This document shows, one piece after another, positions 59,966 through 64,000 of a stretch of 64,000 nt of DNA; position 1 is the stretch's first letter; each line of letters starts with the position of its first letter. The notes beneath the pieces are model-generated. The model worked only from the letters and a program-made list of their open reading frames with translations. It had not been told where the DNA came from and searched no databases. The position numbers were made by a program, and so were the translations under genes. The stretch comes from Candidatus Poribacteria bacterium (GTDB lineage: Bacteria; Poribacteria; WGA-4E; PCPOR2b). The stretch is taken from positions 1,664,001 to 1,728,000 of the forward strand of contig OZ242351.1 in NCBI GenBank assembly GCA_965208675.1, read 5' to 3'.

Positions 59966-60439
59966 ATGGAAAACCTGAGTGTTGGCGATCTCGCGCCTGA
60001 CTTTACGCTTAGCGGCTCTATCGGTTCCGAGGATACCGAAGTTTCGTTGAGCGATTTCAAAGGGAAAAATCTGGTGGTAGTGTTTTATCCTCTTGATTTC
60101 TCTCCGGTGTGCTCAGTTCAGATTCCGGACTTCAATGAAGATTTGGACGACATCCGTTCAAAAAACGCAGACGTGGTTGCGATAAACCGTGACTCGGTGT
60201 TTGCACACAAGGCATGGAGCGAACATCTTGGGGGTGTGAATTTTCCGCTCTTGTCTGATATGAATCTAGAGGTATCAGCGAAGTTTGGGATGGCGCTTGG
60301 CGACGTGGGGATTACAAATCGCGGCGTAATTATCATTGATGGTGATGGTAGGATTGCTTTCAAGCATATTGAAAACGCACCGCCGGATAATACACTCGCA
60401 GTATCGCAGGTCATACGCGAACTTGATGCATTGAACTAA
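59966..60439 (+). CDS. 1-Cys peroxiredoxin (AhpC/TSA, AhpE-like)
   Basis: GDLAPDFTL, FYPLDFSPVC, FPLLSD. Confidence 0.88.
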   Translation: MENLSVGDLAPDFTLSGSIGSEDTEVSLSDFKGKNLVVVFYPLDFSPVCSVQIPDFNEDLDDIRSKNADVVAINRDSVFAHKAWSEHLGGVNFPLLSDMNLEVSAKFGMALGDVGITNRGVIIIDGDGRIAFKHIENAPPDNTLAVSQVIRELDALN

Positions 60440-60567
60440 CTGCACGATTTCAACAGTTTCACGCCAAAATGAATGTAGCTTCAGAAAGATGTTAATCCGG
60501 AGTGCGTTATTGAATTGATATTTGCTGAAAATCGTGCGTTGAACTAGAAGAATCAGGAGACAAAGCC

Positions 60568-61533
60568 ATGCACCTCGGTGCGGTATCATCGGTGTTTATG
60601 ACTCGCCCGTTGAGGGAGGCGGCCCAAAAAATGCATGCATTGGGGCTGGAGTCGATCGAACTCGGGGCGGGCGGATACTTCCCCAAAACCCACTGCAATC
60701 CGGCAGAATTGTTAACGGATTCGGCTGCGCTAGCAACGTTCCAAGAGACGCTCGCGGAATTTGAATTGGCAATCAGCGCCTTTGCTATGCACGGCGAACC
60801 GCTGCACCCCGACCCGGCAATTGCTGCACCCTACGACCAAGATTTTCGAGATACCTGCAAACTGGCGGAAAAGATTGGCGTCACGCGCATAACGCTCTTG
60901 GGCGGGTTGCCTGAAGCGGTTCCCGGTGACAAGGAGCCGAATTGGATTCTATACCCGTATCCGCCGCGCAACATGGAATTGCACGAATGGCAGTGGGAAG
61001 AGCGGCTCATCCCATATTGGAAGGAACACGGACGAATTGCCGAAGATCACGGCGTTCGCCTCTGCTTTGAAATGCACCCCGGTGACATGATATTTAAACC
61101 CGAGGCGCTCCTGCGTCTGCGCGACGCGGTTGGACCGGTCGTCGGCTGCAACCTTGACCCGTCTCACCTGTTTTGGCAGGGCATGGACATTCACGAGGTG
61201 ATTCGGACAATTGGCGGCGATATAATTTACCATACGCACGCCAAAGACAGCTTGCCCGATCCGCACGTAGTCCGAGTGAACGGGATTTTAGATGCCAAAG
61301 ACTTCCAAGATTGCGAGAACAGGAGTTGGATTTTTCGTACTGTCGGATACGGGCACGACGAGGAATTTTGGCGTAAATTTGTCAGTGCCCTGAGGACAGT
61401 GGGTTACGATGATGTATTATCTATCGAACACGAAGATCCGTTGATTGATCCTGAAGAAGGATTTGAGCTTGCTGTCGGTGTGTTGCAGAAGGTGCTCATC
61501 CGTAAGCCGGCGGCAAAGTTGTGGTATGAGTAG
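60568..61533 (+). CDS. Sugar phosphate isomerase/epimerase
   Basis: FEMHPG, NLDPSHLFWQG, HAKD, LSIEHED. Confidence 0.9.
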   Translation: MHLGAVSSVFMTRPLREAAQKMHALGLESIELGAGGYFPKTHCNPAELLTDSAALATFQETLAEFELAISAFAMHGEPLHPDPAIAAPYDQDFRDTCKLAEKIGVTRITLLGGLPEAVPGDKEPNWILYPYPPRNMELHEWQWEERLIPYWKEHGRIAEDHGVRLCFEMHPGDMIFKPEALLRLRDAVGPVVGCNLDPSHLFWQGMDIHEVIRTIGGDIIYHTHAKDSLPDPHVVRVNGILDAKDFQDCENRSWIFRTVGYGHDEEFWRKFVSALRTVGYDDVLSIEHEDPLIDPEEGFELAVGVLQKVLIRKPAAKLWYE

Positions 61534-61549
61534 CAATGTGGAGATTGCT

Positions 61550-62407
61550 ATGAAAATCGGCGTGAATCTATGGATATGGGGTTCGCCCTTTCGAACCGAC
61601 GAACATTTGGAACTCATCCCTCAGATTAAAGCGTGGGGCGGCGAGGTAATTGAACTAGCCACAGAAGATGACGCAGACATAGACACCAGAGCGGTGCGCC
61701 AAGCACTTGACGGGGAGGGGATGTCTGCTTCCGTGATCGGCGTTTTCGGCTCGGTTCGAGATTTGTCGCACCCCGATGCCGCTGTTAGGCAAAACGGCAT
61801 CAACTACGCCAAACGCTCCGTAGATACGTGTGCCGAGATTGGCGCAACGATATTTTCCGGAGCTGTCGCCGGGGTTGGCGGCGGGGAGTTGCTTTTGGGG
61901 GATACACGCCATTCTCGTATCAATCAGGCTGCGGAGTGCTTGCATGTACTTGGGGATTATTCCGCCCAAGCGGGCGTGCAATTTGTGATTGAGATACTCA
62001 ATCGCTACGAGACCAATTTCCTCAACACCGCGGCAGAGGCTCGTGAACTTATAAATCTCGTCAATCACCCCGCCGTTGGGATACATCTTGATACATTCCA
62101 CATGAGTCATGAGGAGAATAATCTAGGCGATGCTATTCGCCAGGCTGGCAATAAACTAATGCACTTTCACGGCAGCGATAGTCATCGTGGAACCCCGGGA
62201 ACCGGGCTAGTGCATTGGGATGATGTGGCAACCGCGTTGAGGGACATCAACTACGATGGATATGTGGTTATTGAGTCGTTCAACCCACGGAGCCCGATAG
62301 GTCCTCTTGCACGATTTTGGCGTTTTTTCGCTGAATCGCCGGAGACACTCGCACGAGAGGGCATTGCCTTCCTGAAAGAGGCGCTGCTCGGAGAAGGAGA
62401 GATGTGA
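61550..62407 (+). CDS. D-psicose/tagatose 3-epimerase-like TIM barrel
   Basis: EILNRYE, HLDTFHM, HRGTPG, IESF; ATG 61550 with GGAG SD. Confidence 0.88.
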   Translation: MKIGVNLWIWGSPFRTDEHLELIPQIKAWGGEVIELATEDDADIDTRAVRQALDGEGMSASVIGVFGSVRDLSHPDAAVRQNGINYAKRSVDTCAEIGATIFSGAVAGVGGGELLLGDTRHSRINQAAECLHVLGDYSAQAGVQFVIEILNRYETNFLNTAAEARELINLVNHPAVGIHLDTFHMSHEENNLGDAIRQAGNKLMHFHGSDSHRGTPGTGLVHWDDVATALRDINYDGYVVIESFNPRSPIGPLARFWRFFAESPETLAREGIAFLKEALLGEGEM

Positions 62408-62512
62408 ACACTAAGCTAACCGGTGGCCTGACGCACATCCAAATAAAAAAACTAAGCTGAACTGAGTAAACTATATTGCCATGTTAGAATATTTAAATCA
62501 AGGAGAAAACTA

Positions 62513-63562
62513 ATGAAACAGTTGTTGAGGATTACTTTTTTTGCTGTAATCGTCTGCTTGTCGATTCCAGCAACCAGTCTTGCACAGACTGTCGTATCGT
62601 TCAATCCCCCTGTAATGGAATCACCAGACACCGCACAGCAATTTACTATTGATGTTCAAATCTCAAATGCAACCGATGTCTTCGGATATCAAATCGCTCT
62701 CACATTCGACTCAACGGCACTCGCATACGTCAGCGTCCAAAATGGAGACTTCTTAGCGGGATCCATCGGCCCGCCAACGCTTCCCCCAATCGTCGCTGAC
62801 GGCGAAATCAAGTTCGGTGCAACCCTATTAGGGGCAGTGCCCGGTGTCAATGGAGACGGAACACTCGCAACCGTTACGTTTGAAGTCGTTGCCGTGAAAA
62901 CATCTGCACTCGGACTTGATGTTAAGGTGATAGATTCAAACGACCAGCAGTTGGAATTGACAACTGAATCAGGCACGATTACCGGCGCACCGCTCGAACC
63001 TGTGAGAACTGAACCGGAAGGTGATGTGTTATCGTTCGAAGCAACAATTTCGAGCGCAAACACACCAGCCAAAGGCTTTATCGCGCTATGGGAAGGAACG
63101 ATGGAGATACAGGCGGGTACGTCCATTGAATACCAGGTGATGTTCTCAGGGATTAGCGTCCACACACAAGGCGGTGCCTACGCTCACACTGCCGACGGTA
63201 GAATCGTTGGTCTCGTTGATGATGCTGCTGGGTCAGATTGGCAACACCGCAAGGTCTCACTCGACGACATTGCTGGCAGTGAAATTGTTGCGATAACAGT
63301 TGGCACGGATAACGGAGACAATCCGGATAATCCAGCGGGGTTATTTGGAATGGTGATTGACAACGTGCAGATAACCAGCGACGCGGGTGTTTTGACGAAG
63401 GTATGGGTTGACGAAAGTACGATTGGCGGTGCGCAGGAGGCGGCTGCGCCGTTCGGCGATTCGACCGGTGTTGAGGGCATGCGGGCATTCATCTCTGCCG
63501 TTTCTGTCGAACCGCAATCGAAGATGTTAACAAGTTGGGCGCATCTTAAAGCAGCACGTTGA
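62513..63562 (+). CDS. Secreted cohesin-domain protein with conserved C-terminal tail
   Basis: Signal peptide, FTIDVQI...GYQIALTFD...GDGTLATVTFEV; ends SVEPQSKMLTSWAHLK. Confidence 0.8.
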   Translation: MKQLLRITFFAVIVCLSIPATSLAQTVVSFNPPVMESPDTAQQFTIDVQISNATDVFGYQIALTFDSTALAYVSVQNGDFLAGSIGPPTLPPIVADGEIKFGATLLGAVPGVNGDGTLATVTFEVVAVKTSALGLDVKVIDSNDQQLELTTESGTITGAPLEPVRTEPEGDVLSFEATISSANTPAKGFIALWEGTMEIQAGTSIEYQVMFSGISVHTQGGAYAHTADGRIVGLVDDAAGSDWQHRKVSLDDIAGSEIVAITVGTDNGDNPDNPAGLFGMVIDNVQITSDAGVLTKVWVDESTIGGAQEAAAPFGDSTGVEGMRAFISAVSVEPQSKMLTSWAHLKAAR

Positions 63563-63583
63563 ACGAACAACTCATTATATGTA

Positions 63584-63731
63584 GGACTTACGCACTTCAG
63601 ATTGAAGGTGCCTAATTCATAAGGCTCGAAGAGCATGACCAGGCTTTACACCCATTGTAGGTGGGGCAATTGCCCTGCATTGGTGGTGAAGCATCGAATT
63701 ACCACACTTCATCCTTCAACTGCGTAAGTCC
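63584..63731. mobile_element. MITE-like element with GGACTTACGCA terminal inverted repeats
   Basis: GGACTTACGCA (63584-63594) / TGCGTAAGTCC (63721-63731); lone related right arm near 35320-35335. Confidence 0.7.
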
Positions 63732-63871
63732 GAATATGTAAATACCCTTCAATTAGGCGCTCAGCTCGCCGCTAAATACTAGGGTACCAGATAGGAGTTC
63801 GTGGACTAGCAATTCACTTCTGATGTGTTAGGAAAACTTGCAGCAATTTTACCGCCAAAGGAGAAGAATTT

Positions 63872-64000
63872 ATGTACCGTTTATCCGCCTGTGCTGATAC
63901 ACTTTTTCTCGATTTGCCGTTTGAGGAGCGCGTAAAGAAAATTTGTGCGGCGGGATTCTTAGCTGAGTTTTGGCTCTGGGACGGGCGCGACATGGACGCC
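63872..64000 (+). CDS. Hydroxypyruvate-isomerase-like TIM barrel, truncated by window edge
   Basis: AAGGAG SD; MYRLSACADTLFLDLPFEERVKKICAAGF.AEFW, open to the end of the window. Confidence 0.75.
   Translation, partial: MYRLSACADTLFLDLPFEERVKKICAAGFLAEFWLWDGRDMDA

Noticed and set aside
1-64000. tRNA, rRNA or riboswitch in intergenic regions
   Set aside because: I recognised no cloverleaf or known aptamer consensus by eye; an Infernal/Rfam scan would be needed to exclude them.

Overview
This is a bacterial chromosomal window, most likely from a Candidatus Poribacteria-like organism. That assignment is an inference from the DUF6785-type membrane protein, the cohesin protein ending in a 'SVEPQSKMLTSWAHLK' tail, the many sugar-isomerase/Gfo-Idh-MocA genes and the dense intergenic repeats. 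Positions 1-24.4 kb and 41.7-64 kb hold mostly housekeeping, envelope and metabolic genes (S41 protease, secA, sppA, MsbA-like exporter, a divergent sigma-70, birA, TRAP transporter). Between about 25.2 and 41.6 kb lies an all-minus-strand defence island. Its order is DUF4007 (SspB-like), a 1181-aa ATPase (SspC/BrxC-like), a short PAPS-reductase-fold protein (SspD/DndC-like), DUF262-HNH nuclease, an 814-aa GHKL ATPase, a decayed GIY-YIG nuclease missed by the ORF track, a DGQHR/DndB-like protein, a small hypothetical, a HicB fragment and a split AlbA_2 gene. Orphan antitoxin-like genes are interleaved. I found no integrase, tRNA, rRNA or CRISPR array. Intergenic DNA carries several REP/REPIN/MITE families and a 3 x ~220-bp tandem array. 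It also carries a recurring ~30-nt micro-element, ACTATCG followed by 1-2 copies of a 23-nt unit, seen in 6 copies that are all in or next to other repeats. In the array this element is flanked by an 18-bp direct duplication. Protein oddities include an S41 protease with a C-terminal ribbon-helix-helix-like tail, a ThDP-family protein lacking both catalytic motifs, and a Clp1-like kinase with an altered Walker A. All family assignments come from motif recognition by eye; no searches were run.
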